A stretch of 45,184 bases of DNA from Octopus bimaculoides (taxonomy: Eukaryota). The notes below the pieces were generated by a model. That model was given only the letters and a program-made list of their open reading frames with translations, searched no databases and was not told where the DNA came from. Where the stretch lies: NCBI RefSeq assembly GCF_001194135.2, contig NC_068992.1:29151726-29196909 (forward strand), read 5' to 3'. Positions 1 through 10,629 of this stretch are shown here, in pieces. Every line of letters starts with the position of its first letter. Position 1 is the first letter of the stretch. A program made the translations under genes and the position numbers.

Positions 1-50
<50 letters not shown>

Positions 51-62
51 TAATAATAATAA
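1..62. repeat. (AAT)n microsatellite
   Basis: Near-perfect AAT trinucleotide run at the window start. Confidence 0.98.
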
Positions 63-258
63 ACGAAAACACCAGGACTTTCAAATATATATAACATACA
101 GAAAATTGCACTACTGGGCACTGCACACATCCTACGCAAAACACTTTCAATACAGTAACCATAAGAGCACCACAGCAAACCACAGCGCATACCCAAAGGC
201 ACACAGAGCTGCGCTCGGTAGTGAAGTGAAAGCACGTTATAAAAATAAAACTACTGAA
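63..258 (+). mobile_element. Heavily 5'-truncated 3' end of an R4/Dong-clade (RLE) non-LTR retrotransposon
   Basis: 63-158 translates without a stop as TKTPGLSNIYNIQKIALLGTAHILRKTLSIQ*. The IQKxALLGTAxILRKxL motif is typical of the extreme C-terminus of R4/Dong ORFs. About 100 bp of 3' UTR follows, and (AAT)n flanks both sides. Confidence 0.8.
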
Positions 259-272
259 TAATAATAATAATG

Positions 273-331
<59 letters not shown>
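259..331. repeat. (AAT)n microsatellite between two retroelement 3' ends
   Basis: AAT run with one GAT variant. Confidence 0.98.
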
Positions 332-333
<2 letters not shown>

Positions 334-1228
334 TTTCCTTTATTTGCCACAAGGGCGAACGATGAGGGAGACAGTACAAAGCCATAAAGTGTAGGGATTT
401 ACATATAGTGAAATGATAAAAAAAATGAAAGAAAGAAAAGAAGTATACATGGTATACACTGAAATAGAAGGGAAATATGCGTAGCATACAAAGGTTAAAG
501 AAAAAGTGACGGAGAGGATGATAGCGATGTGGCCATCCTGATACTGGAAGACCTCTTGGAATAATCGAAGAACCCCACTGCTCGAGATTTCTCTGAAACA
601 CCAGGAGCATTGCCCTCTCCAATTCCTTCTCCCCGACTCACAGGTCTACACTTAGAGAGGTACCATCTACTCTTGCCATTATTGCAACTTTCACCCACCT
701 TTGAATAAATTCACTGGAGGACAGCACTTTCCTCTCCACTCTCAATTTCCTTTTCAAGTGAAACTTGAGGTCAATGACTGCTCTACCAAAGAGGAATTTA
801 TCTGTCCTCATGCCTTTCAGTTTTCTCCCTCAAACAACATCTTTTACCACAGCCACCTTTTCAACTGAAGGAAGGCAGCGGTGTGATCATCACTACAGAC
901 TTAGCCAACAGACGGATCTTTCCCACGCGTGACAGCAGTTGTTCAACATAACCCCAAAAGTCAGCAGTGCCCGGACACTGAATAAGGGCGTGTAGAACGG
1001 TCTCGTCCCTCTGCTCGCTTCTCTGACAACCCCGTCTGACAGCACACTCGTATCTGTAGAATTTATCTTGAACCGGTTGCGCCCCCCGGCAGCAATGCCA
1101 AGCTAAGGAGATCTGGAAATTATTCATGATAGATTCCGACCAGAAAGTACTCAGGAACAGACAAGCCAGTTTGTCTTTGTTGGCACCTAGAGTCTCCCCG
1201 AGAACGTCGTTGCACTTCCCCGTCACTA
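332..1228 (-). mobile_element. 5'-truncated, frameshifted Tx1-like (L1 clade) LINE ORF2 C-terminus plus 3' UTR
   Basis: ORF 861-1226 contains FQISLAWHCCRGAQPVQDK...CQRSEQRDETVLHALIQCPGTADFWGYVEQLL, a zf-RVT-type CxxC...ET..H...C motif. After frameshifts it continues FHLKRKLRVERKVLSSSEFIQRWVKVAIMARVDGTSLSVDL*, with the stop at 638-640. AATAAA lies on the minus strand at 339-344, followed by the (ATT)n tract. Confidence 0.78.
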
Positions 1229-1311
1229 ATCCTTTATAAATTTCTAAAGCGGAACGTACACCAATCCCATTGCCATCTGGCAGAGGGCTGTGAGCGCTTG
1301 AATAATAAAGA

Positions 1312-2335
1312 ATTCCTTTCTACTAAAGGCACAAGACCTGAAATTTGTTTTGGGGGAGTAGTCGATTACATCAACCCCAGTGATCGATTGGTACTTATTT
1401 TATCGACTCCGAAAGGATAAAAATCAAAGTCGACCGCGGAGGCATTTGAATTTAGAACGCAAATATGGACGAAATGCGGCTAAGCATTTTGTTCGGCGTG
1501 CTAACATTTCTGCTACCTTGCCGCATTAAATGATTCTTTTTACTATTGGCACAAAGCCTGCATTGTCACAGGAAGTGGGGGTTTAGTCGATTACATCGAC
1601 CCGAAAAGGATGAAAAGTAAAGAAAACCTCGGCGTGATTTGAAATTAGGACGTAAAGCACTGGAAGAAATACCGCTAAGCATTTTGTCCGATGCGCTATC
1701 AAGTCTGCCAGTGCACAACTTTAATAATCTTTTGAGAGGAAGTGAAGTCGATTACATTAACCCCAGGGCTCAACTTCTATCAACCCCAAAGGGACGAACA
1801 GTAACGTCGACCTCGGCGCCACTTGAATTCAGAATGTAAAGTATGTCACTAAGTAATTTATCCGGTGCGGTAATGATTCTGCCAGCTCATCGCCTCTCTC
1901 GGTCCCTTAATAATGGTTTCGAATTTTGGTACAAAGAAAGCAAGTTTGGGAAAGAGGATAAGTCGATTACATCGACCCCAGTGCTCTACTGATATTTATT
2001 TTATCTGTCCCGAAATATGAAAGGCAAAGTTGACCTCAGCAGGATTTGAACTTAGAACGTACAGATGGACGAAATGCCGCTAAGCATCTTTCCCAGTGTG
2101 CTAAGGGTTCTGTTAGATTGTTGCCTTTCTCAGCACCTTAATGATAATAACAATCTTTTTGCTATAGCTACAAGGCTTGAAACTCTGAGGGAGGGCGTAA
2201 TCGAATACATCGATCCCAGTGCTAAACTGGAACTTATGTTATCGACTCTGAAAGGGTGAAAGACAAAGTCAAACTCGGTGGTATTTGAACTAATAACGTG
2301 AGGCCGGAAGAAATGCCGTTAAGCATGTTGTTCGG
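1312..2335 (-). mobile_element. Head-to-tail array of five diverged copies of a ~200 bp tRNA-derived octopus-type SINE
   Basis: Copies lie at approximately 1312-1527, 1532-1710, 1724-1897, 1908-2130 and 2150-2335. Each carries AGTCGATTACATCGACCCC, GAAAGG..AAAGTCGAC and a B-box-like TTTGAA(C/T)TCAGAA on the + strand. Short TAATAAT-type spacers separate them. Confidence 0.88.
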
Positions 2336-2339
2336 GAGA

Positions 2340-2440
2340 GGAGGAAGAAGAAGATAATGATGTTGATGATGATGATAATGAAAGAGAAGGAGGAGAAGAA
2401 GAGAGAAAAATATGATGATCATGATGATGATGAAGATGAA
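2340..2440. repeat. Mixed (GAA)/(GAT) low-complexity tract
   Basis: Direct inspection. Confidence 0.9.
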
Positions 2441-2630
2441 GTAGGACCTTCATCCCAACAAAAAGCCCAACAAATAAACAGCTTTTGAATTCCGCATCAA
2501 AGTTTTACCGAGATTTAATTTTCGTGCTTCAGTAAACAGATACTTTAAAAGATGAATCAGATGAATATAAATGCAACAGACTTTCTAAATGAAGAAAATA
2601 GCATGGTGAATAGTGTCCCTTTATGGAGGA

Positions 2631-2691
2631 GAAGAAGAAGAAGAAGAAGAAGAAGAAGAAGAAGAAGAAGAAGAAGAAGAAGAAGAAGAAG

Positions 2692-2721
<30 letters not shown>
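2631..2721. repeat. (GAA)n microsatellite, about 30 units
   Basis: Perfect GAA run; it explains the poly-Arg ORF 2552-2842. Confidence 0.98.
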
Positions 2722-2724
<3 letters not shown>

Positions 2725-2950
2725 ACCTATTTATTATTATGTAGCATTTATTATAGAAATCTCCAATGGACGTTTTTTTTCCATGCCGATTATCGTTCTG
2801 TGTTTTTTATTTGTTGCTGAGAAATTATCAACTGCCTTTTGAAGTATTTTCGTCTTCCGTCTCCTCGACGCAAAATGACTCAAATCTTATACAAGATTTT
2901 ATTCGTGTTTTTATGGTTGTTGTCATTTAAAATTGCTGAAGCCAGCACTA

Positions 2951-2981
2951 GCTGCTGCTGCTACTACTACTATTACTACTA

Positions 2982-3014
<33 letters not shown>

Positions 3015-3068
3015 GTGCTGCTGGTGCTGGTGCTGCTGGTGCTGGTGCTGCTGGTGCTGTTGCTGCTA
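2951..3068. repeat. Compound (CTG)/(CTA)/(GCTGGT) microsatellite
   Basis: Direct inspection; it explains ORFs 2839-3069 and 2933-3121. Confidence 0.95.
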
Positions 3069-3072
3069 ACAT

Positions 3073-3507
3073 TCATACATGTATTAAAGTTCCCACAAAA
3101 GGGAGACGAGAACTTGCGTAATTTACAACAAAGTTATATATAAACGATGCCAAAGCTGAAAATTGTTTTACTTGATTAAAGCATTTACTAATAATTAATA
3201 TAGCATTACAGGAAACATAGATATGATTAGAAATGGTATATCCAATCTCACATCCACACACAGAGGAAAATACCGCAACATGGAATAGATTAAAACGCTC
3301 TTCAGCTCTCACTACCTTGTTATTCCATGTACACGCTACAGTGCTCAAAATAACTATATCTGTGCTTTCTGTAAGTCTTGAATCGTCGAAGTGATTAAGG
3401 AGAAGCTCATATATCTCCCCGTATTTGCTGTTCAGCTGCTGAAGAATTGTTGGTATGGTTTTCACTAGCAGGAATTTTTTCATACTCTGCTCTTCATCTC
3501 TTCGCAT
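3073..3507 (-). other. Unassigned 144-aa ORF (possible exon, retrocopy or TE-derived fragment)
   Basis: Stop-free 435 bp of non-repetitive sequence with ordinary amino-acid composition. I recognise no domain. Confidence 0.25.
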
Positions 3508-3698
3508 GATTTTTATACCCTGCTCCTCATCTCTTCACAAGCCATCGCTACCCCGATTCGATCCTCTTCCTGAATGTCGTCAGAATTTCTATCAGGTCAT
3601 TGTTGAATGGACTCACCACTGTAAACTTCATAGCTTCAGTTTAGAAAATAATTATTAAAAGCTCATCTGGCTTATTGACAGGGGTCAAGAAAAGGGAT

Positions 3699-4599
3699 CA
3701 ATGAGAAAGTCAATATAGAAATTGTGCCAATTGTGACTGAAATTGAAAAACAAGTGAGCAGTATAACCAAAGAAAAGAAACCGGTTCGGAAAGTTACAAT
3801 TTCCGAAATGGTTTCTTTTCCTCTTTTCTCCATTTTCAGAGATAATCGCTTTTGAGTAACCTCTGGTCAGCTTTGAGCAAATAATTCTAAGGTACTCCCG
3901 CTGTCGAAAGAATAACGAGATACGACCCGCATTTATTTCCATGTTTCTAGTTATACCATGTCATTGTCTGACTGAAATCCATACAATACACTCTATTCCA
4001 CTAATCACAGTCTTTCCTATAGATTCTTTAGATTTAGATTCTAGTAATCACAGCGAAAAGGATCATTATGAATTCGGTCGGAGCGTAACAGTTACTGGTT
4101 CTCTGTACTAATCGCATGTGCTATACCTCTGAGCACGGTCTTGCAGGCTGGTGAGACTATCGTTGTTGGAACTATGTATATATGTGCGCTTATTATAAAA
4201 CAGATAATATTATGGTGTAAAGGGGAAGTCCAAGCAGTATTTTGTATATAAGCATGAACTTATGTAGTTGCTTTTTTTTCATGCAGTGATAGGAGCTGGG
4301 AGATTTGATTCTGGCATGTCTATAATATGTAAGCTTTATTTCCGCTTACGACAGAATATGAGAATCATGAACATATTTTCTTTTTCTATTCTTACTCGCT
4401 ATCTTTGAGTGAGTTATCGAGTTCTTCTTATGAATTGCATTAAGATCTGATCTTTGTCTAGCGCTGTAGTGTTCTTCGTTTCTCTTTACTAGGTATCATA
4501 CCTTATAAACAGCTCTGGACGTTTTCTTCGGTTATATTGCTTACTTGTTTTTCAATTTCAGTCACAATTAGCACAATCTTTATATTGACTTTCTCATTG
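3699..4599. repeat. 78-bp inverted repeat pair (3699-3776 / 4522-4599), about 92% identical
   Basis: CAATGAGAAAGTCAATATAGAAATTGTGCCAATTGTGACTGAAATTGAAAAACAAG... matches the reverse complement of 4522-4599 with 6 mismatches. Confidence 0.92.
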
Positions 4600-4879
4600 G
4601 TGAAGCCAGTTTTCAGGACTTATATTTACTATTACTTAAAATTGGTTGTAGTTGTGTAATTCTATCATAGATTTAGCATTTCATCCTTGTTATCTAAGTG
4701 TTTAACAGTAATAAATCTCGTAACAAGACTTTGAAAGACTTCAACTTTCGAAGATCAAGTGACACAATCTAATACATACATATGTACATATGTACAGTGA
4801 AATGCAAATATTATATAACTTTGATTTTAATTGGTGAGCAATTTGAATACAACATTTGCTTGCACTTTGAAAAGTTGCT

Positions 4880-6660
4880 CATGCTAATGCATTTCTGTAG
4901 TCGACAAGAACATCGATATAGTTTGAAAACCTGCTAAGGTCTGCTATAACTTGTTATTTCAAGGTTTAGTTACGTTCTTATCTTAAATCATGCACTCAGT
5001 CTTGTTAACATAAATTTGGTGACCTATTTCATTTGCGTTAGCTGTCAGCAACATCATCTACTCTTAACAGATATAACTGCAAGACAAGAATAGCCAACAA
5101 AATGTCCGCTTCCTTAACACTTTTCAATTTGTCCACAAATATTCTTGTGCCAACTTTAGCCTTAATAATAGATTGTGAAATTTCTATCTAGGTTTAAGGA
5201 GAGGAATGTTATCCTTTTAAATAGGATTGTCTTCTTGAACTTTGCAAAGCGACGAGAAGTGTATACTTTCAAAAACAACGGTAAAAATCGATGAAGACAA
5301 CATGAAGTGGCTTGCTGAATTCAACAGATTTTTCTATAATGTGCTGCAAGGAAAATATATTTTTCTTGTACCTCTTTCACTCTGGTAGGTAGCCTGAGAA
5401 GGAGGAAAGTAGAAGCAGATGTCCATTTTTTATACGAAAAGCAAGGATAATAATGAATAATTTGCAGATGTAGCTTAGAATATTTATTAGTGAATAGTTT
5501 TCACCTCAAGTTAGAATAGCCTTTTGCCAAATTACAACAATGAATGCCACTTCACTGGACGCTATTAAAAAGTTGTAGTAGTACGTTTTTGGTTCAGTCT
5601 CTCTCAGAATGAACACCAGTCATTTTTCTTTATTCTATGGTGCCATAAATTCTTCTGCCTTAAATAATATTATTAGTGGAATGTTAGGTTTATTTTCGGA
5701 AAGAAATATCAGCATATAAATCTTAAAAGACTGCTGCACAACATTAAAAAATACCATGCTTATTTGTTGAAACAACTCTCCGTTTTAACTTTCTACACTC
5801 GCCGATTTGGTAGTAATTGACTAAACCCACCACAATTTCTTTCGAGTTTGGTAAACATTGCCTTCTTTGCCAATTTGTTTTACAATTAGTGGAGTCATAT
5901 AAAAATGGTCTTTTAGTTTTAGCAGTTTTATTTCACGTGTAGGTGCTTCGTTGGTATGGCATATGTAAAACCTATGATGTGAGTAAACTGCTTTTTGTTT
6001 TTTTTTTGTAGTATATAATGCATTGTTGTGGTGAGGTTGGCAGAACCAAGGGAGACCTAGATACTTCAGGATGGATCTAATGTGTTCTTGCCCTTGTTAT
6101 TGTTTCTTTCAGCTGGCTAACTGTGGCAATGCAATTCCTTGATGTGCGTGGTTTTGTATCCTACATTATGTCTTTTATGCACGTTAACAATATTGTAAAT
6201 ACTCTGAGAAGTGGTATGTAACTCTTATGTTCGTCTTCTACCTGCGTGAATTGTTTATGTTGATGGTAGTTTAGTTGCATATACCCTAGTGTCGCTGAAG
6301 AGACAGTAGATTTGGTACGTGTTACTTAGTCTGCGATTGTGAAATTAGATTTCTACAGGATTTACACAGGTCTCAAGTAGTTTTGCATCCATATCTGGAG
6401 AATAATGGCAGGATTTAAGTCTGATGTCATTAGCGAATGAGATTCTTTGTATGTTTTGTAGAGGTTGAAAAGAGTGAGTGGAAGCACAAAGATTCGAGAA
6501 ATTGCAGGTTCTGAAAGCATTGTTGTAGCACACTTCATAGGCTTGATAGCATTTTAGGAGCTGTTAGCCAATTTTGTATGAGTGCATTGCAGGGTATAAT
6601 CTTTGGATTTACATATTTAAAAAATTATATCGAAGTTTGGGATTGGCGTTCTCAAGCATT
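4880..6660 (-). mobile_element. Decayed RTE-type LINE (APE endonuclease remnant plus RT domain)
   Basis: Frameshifted minus-strand translations: G*QLLKCYQAYEVCYNNAF and SFANDIRLKSCHYSPDMD (APE-like, ~6380-6580); NYSLINILSYICKLFIIILAFRIK (RT motifs 1-2, ~5430-5510); SQATYQSERGT / NIFSLQHIIEKSVEFSKPLHVVFIDF (RT motif 3, ~5285-5400). Confidence 0.72.
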
Positions 6661-7011
6661 TGATTATATTTTGTTTAAAGTACACTGATTAAAGAATTAT
6701 ATAAACGATTATACTACCCCTCTCAATAGTTTGTCCTAACTCTCATAGTTTATCTGTAAAAATGATGCTAAAAAACAATGATACCTGTACACATTTAAAA
6801 AATTTCTTTTACAGTAGATACGTATTAGAAATGTATCTAACATTTCGGTTTAATTGGTGATTAGAGGCAACCATGAATTGCTAGTTAGTCATACTGATCT
6901 CATGGCAAATAGAATTTAAGAATTTATGTTAAAATAGCCTCGATGTAATCGATGATGAACAGTAGCGCAAAAATAATTAAATTAAGAAAATAACCACATA
7001 GAAAGGAGAAC

Positions 7012-7232
7012 AATAATCCTTTCTACTACAAGCACGAGGCCTGAAATTTTGGGGAAAGAGGTTAGTCGATTATATCTACTCTAATGCTCAACTGGTACTT
7101 AAATTATAGATCCCGAAGGGCTGAAAGGCAAAGTCGGCCTCAGCGGCATTTGAACTCAGAATGCAAGGACGAACGAAATGTCACTTAGCATTTTGTCCGG
7201 CGTGGTAACGATTCTGCCTGCTCACCACCTTA
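7012..7232 (-). mobile_element. tRNA-derived octopus-type SINE, near full length
   Basis: Same family as 1312-2335: AATCCTTTCTACTA...GAAAGGCAAAGTCGGCCTCAGCGGCATTTGAACTCAGAA...ACGATTCTGCCTGCTCACCACC. Confidence 0.88.
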
Positions 7233-7239
7233 GAAATGG

Positions 7240-7420
7240 CAATAATAGCCCTTTCTACTTTAGGCATAAGCCTGGAAATTTTGAGCGAGAAGTAAGTCGA
7301 TTTTATCGAACCCGGTGCTGAATTTATTCCATCGAACACTGAAAGGATGAAAGGCAAAGTCGATCTCGGCGTCGTTTGAACTTAGAACGAAAAGATGAAT
7401 CAAATGGTGTTAAGCAATAA
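7240..7420 (-). mobile_element. Second tandem SINE copy, 5'-truncated
   Basis: CCCTTTCTACT...GAAAGGATGAAAGGCAAAGTCGATCTCGGCGTCGTTTGAACTTAGAACG. Confidence 0.85.
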
Positions 7421-7433
7421 TAATGAGGACTAG

Positions 7434-7640
7434 AATAAAATTACATTAGCGCATGAGGAGATAAATGGTAAAGTTGTTCTGGATTCATTTGTGCATGATC
7501 GAAAGGAGAAAAAATGTAAAGATACTGTTGAAGTGATTCGCACACAGAAAGTAAAAAGACTTGAGCAAGTCCTGGTAGACATTTTCTCCGGTGATCTTGT
7601 GAAGGAGTATACATATCTGTTTCTAGTTTTCACACAAGAT
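7434..7640 (+). mobile_element. Possible LINE RT fragment (late RT motifs)
   Basis: Open frame ...KVKRLEQVLVDIFSGDLVKEYTYLFLVFTQDQRF loosely resembles the LEQV..EFKYLGxxFT motif of RTE-type RTs. The match is weak. Confidence 0.3.
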
Positions 7641-8559
7641 CAGAGATTTTGCGGGTTGACACAGTCGATAAAAGTCGATTTTATTAAAGCCATTAAAACG
7701 AAAAGTAAAATCCAAGTCAACCATATTAGAACTTAGAATTTAAAGAGATTTGCATCTAAGAAGATGGTTAGGATTTACAGGGAGTTAGATTGCTAGTTTA
7801 TGGATAATATTCGAGTATATTAACTCAAGTAATTGATTGCTTTTTACAGTCTTTGAAAGGATAAGCAATTTTGTCAAGGACACATCTCATGGGAAAGGCG
7901 CCACATATACGTCAAACATTACAGTGCATTAGAAAGCCTATATTCATGAGAAAGTCTTCGCACCCAGACTGGACCTTTGCGAGAGAAAGAAGCCGTCAGT
8001 TTCCTCGTATCATACACCTATGCAGCATCGCTGCGACTTGAAATCAGAGCATAGAAGTAGAAATATATAAAAAGAAATGTCACACATTTTGGTGCCTTGT
8101 CTTTTCATTACAACTTTTTTAATATGAATGACACTAATAATCTTAATATGTAACAGTGAATGATTGTACATCGTATGCTTGTATTCATGCTCCGAGTTGC
8201 AGGCCACAACTTTGTATCTAGATAGCTAACATTTTCAAAGGAGCATTTCTGTTTAAGGAAACTGTCGTAGGTTATGTGACTGGACTATGTTTTTGAGGTT
8301 TTTTGAGCCATCTTCTGAAATGTTAGAAGCCATGACATTGAGAGAAGCAACATTACCAGATCAACTGAAGACTGTCATTATCTTTTTAAACAATTTAGCA
8401 AACACATTGTGAATTCAAGTAATTATAATAACTTTAAGTATTGCTAGTAGTTATTAATATAGGCTCGATACCAGACACTTTGAAGGAAAAGTATTTTTCT
8501 TTAAATTGGTCTCTGTTGTTGAATGGCACTTATTTTTAATTGGTCTCGCCAAGAAGAAA

Positions 8560-8985
8560 GACAGAAGCCAACTTCGGTATTTTATCACCTCAGAAAATAA
8601 AGGAACATATTCAAATATTGGAAGCCGCTGTAATTATTATTTTAGCATAAAGCGCAAGCGTGTTTTCGGAAAAATATGAGTAAAAGCGTTCAAGCTGTGA
8701 CTATAATACCTTTGTTTCTTAGAAAGAGTGAATCCAGCAGCAAGTTATTCCTTATATCTCCCTTAACTCGAAACTTGCAGTGTCTTCATCTAAATGCTTT
8801 TGTGCTTCCACAAATAATGAAGTCTTTCTTCGGTGGTGTCTTTTTCTCTCGAACTGCCAGATTTTGGAACTCTCTCCCAAACCATTGTTTTCCTCTTTCT
8901 TATGGCCAAGACTAAAGAAAACTAATTTCTTTCGTCTTAATTTATCCATCTCCCTAATCTCTTATACTAAGTGACTTCCTGCCTT
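8560..8985 (+). mobile_element. 3' end of a CR1/L2/Jockey-group LINE ORF2
   Basis: ORF 8676-8915 ends SFFGGVFFSRTARFWNSLPNHCFPLSY, the FFxRTxxxWNxLP...FP..Y C-terminal motif of APE-type LINEs. Confidence 0.72.
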
Positions 8986-9129
8986 GTTTGATACTTTCGA
9001 ATATCTGAAAACAGCTGTGATTTGGAAAATAATTAGCTGTAATATCTAGCAGCTCAAGCGAGTGCCAGATCTCTTTCATTGGCTTGAACAAGTTACTTTA
9101 TCAGGTGCATTACCGATTCTGATTATTCT

Positions 9130-9450
9130 ACTGCCACCATGAACCAACTTCAAAAACAAAAACAAAAACAATAACATAATGTAGCGAGCAAAGGCAATTG
9201 CATCAGCAGCAATGGCAGCGATAGAATAAACAACAGAAAGAACATCGCCAAGAAGGAAGATGAAAAAGGAGGAGGAGGAGGTGGGATGAAGAGAACTAGG
9301 AAACAAAAGGAGAAGAAACCGAGGGAAAAGAAAATTAATAACAAAAATAGTAGTAGTAGTAATGATAGTAGAAGTTATACTACTACTAACAGTAGTAGTA
9401 ATAATAATAATAATAATTATAATAATAATGATAATAATAATAATAATACC

Positions 9451-9495
<45 letters not shown>

Positions 9496-9580
9496 TAATA
9501 ATAATAATAAGACGACGAAGAAGGAGAAGAAGAAGGGAAGAAGTAATAAAGAGGAGAAGAAGAAGAAAAAAGAAGGCTGA
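9130..9580. repeat. Compound trinucleotide microsatellite tract (CAA/GCA/GGA/GTA/AAT/GAA)
   Basis: Direct inspection; it explains ORFs 9076-9630, 9362-9580 and 9450-9638. Confidence 0.93.
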
Positions 9581-9739
9581 TAGAAGGAAAGAAGATAAAT
9601 AGCAACAACACGAAGATCAGCATGAGACAATTACACAAGGAAATATCAAAGCGAAACCGACAAGAAAGAACTAGTGACTACGAGTGAAAGATCGTGCACT
9701 GACCCAAACCGCTATGCAAACACACGTTCGTACACTCCC

Positions 9740-10571
9740 GCATACTCATTGATGCATAGGCATATATACATACACACCTTCCCTCCACACACACACTCGC
9801 ATACATACAGAGACAAATCACCCATACGCACATATACACGGATATATAGACACAGACAGAATCACTCGCAACAGGGATATATATATACGCATGTGTAGGC
9901 ACATAACTAGACGCACTCGCATAGGCGTAACAACGCAGATGCAAAAACCGTACATGCAAAGACAGAAAGCAAAACGCCCACAGATAACACATACAGCGCT
10001 CGCGCGCACACACACACACAGACACACACACATGCGCGCGCGCGCAAACAACATTGCATTTGCACTCACAGGGGAAATGTTTTATTCATTATCAAACAGA
10101 CGCTTTCGGCGTTCAAATCGATGAAATTGTAAAAATACCATCACCACCATCTTCCTCATCTTATCATCATCAGCACCATGATTATCATCATCATCACCAT
10201 CACCATTATCATTGACATTATCCTCACCCCAACCCCCACCACCAGCACCAGCACCAGCACCATCGCCAACAACAAAGCCGTCATCAGCAACACAAACAAC
10301 AGCAAGAATACAAACATTCTCCTAAACTGCAGACTATAGAAAACAACAAAGCTCTCACCATTCTTCAGGTTAAGCATTTCTATAGAGAGAATTCCTATCC
10401 TATATTCTTCTGTTTTTGGTAAACTGACTTTCATTTCATGCTTCAATGCACTTAGATGAGTTTTGACGGCAGGAAAATTACAAAGCATGGATTTACAAAC
10501 TTGCAACAGCATACTATATTTACACACACACACACACACAGACAGACAGGCACACACACACAGACAGACAG

Positions 10572-10629
<58 letters not shown>

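Noticed and set aside
251-622. 123-aa ORF ending in poly-Ile
   Set aside because: It is the Tx1-like 3' UTR running into (ATT)n, not a gene.
1312-2335. Regularly spaced similar units that might suggest a CRISPR array
   Set aside because: The units are about 200-bp diverged SINEs with no short identical repeats or unique spacers, and the DNA is eukaryotic.
2552-3121. Poly-Arg, poly-Tyr/Cys and poly-Thr/Ala ORFs
   Set aside because: They are translations of (GAA)n and (CTA)/(CTG)n microsatellites.
9076-9630. 184-aa hydrophobic, membrane-protein-looking ORF
   Set aside because: Its composition comes entirely from trinucleotide repeats, which lack stops on this strand.
10140-10372. His/Gln-rich + frame ending at CAG|GTTAAG, a possible exon donor
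   Set aside because: There is an in-frame TGA, no convincing acceptor, and the content is mostly triplet repeats.
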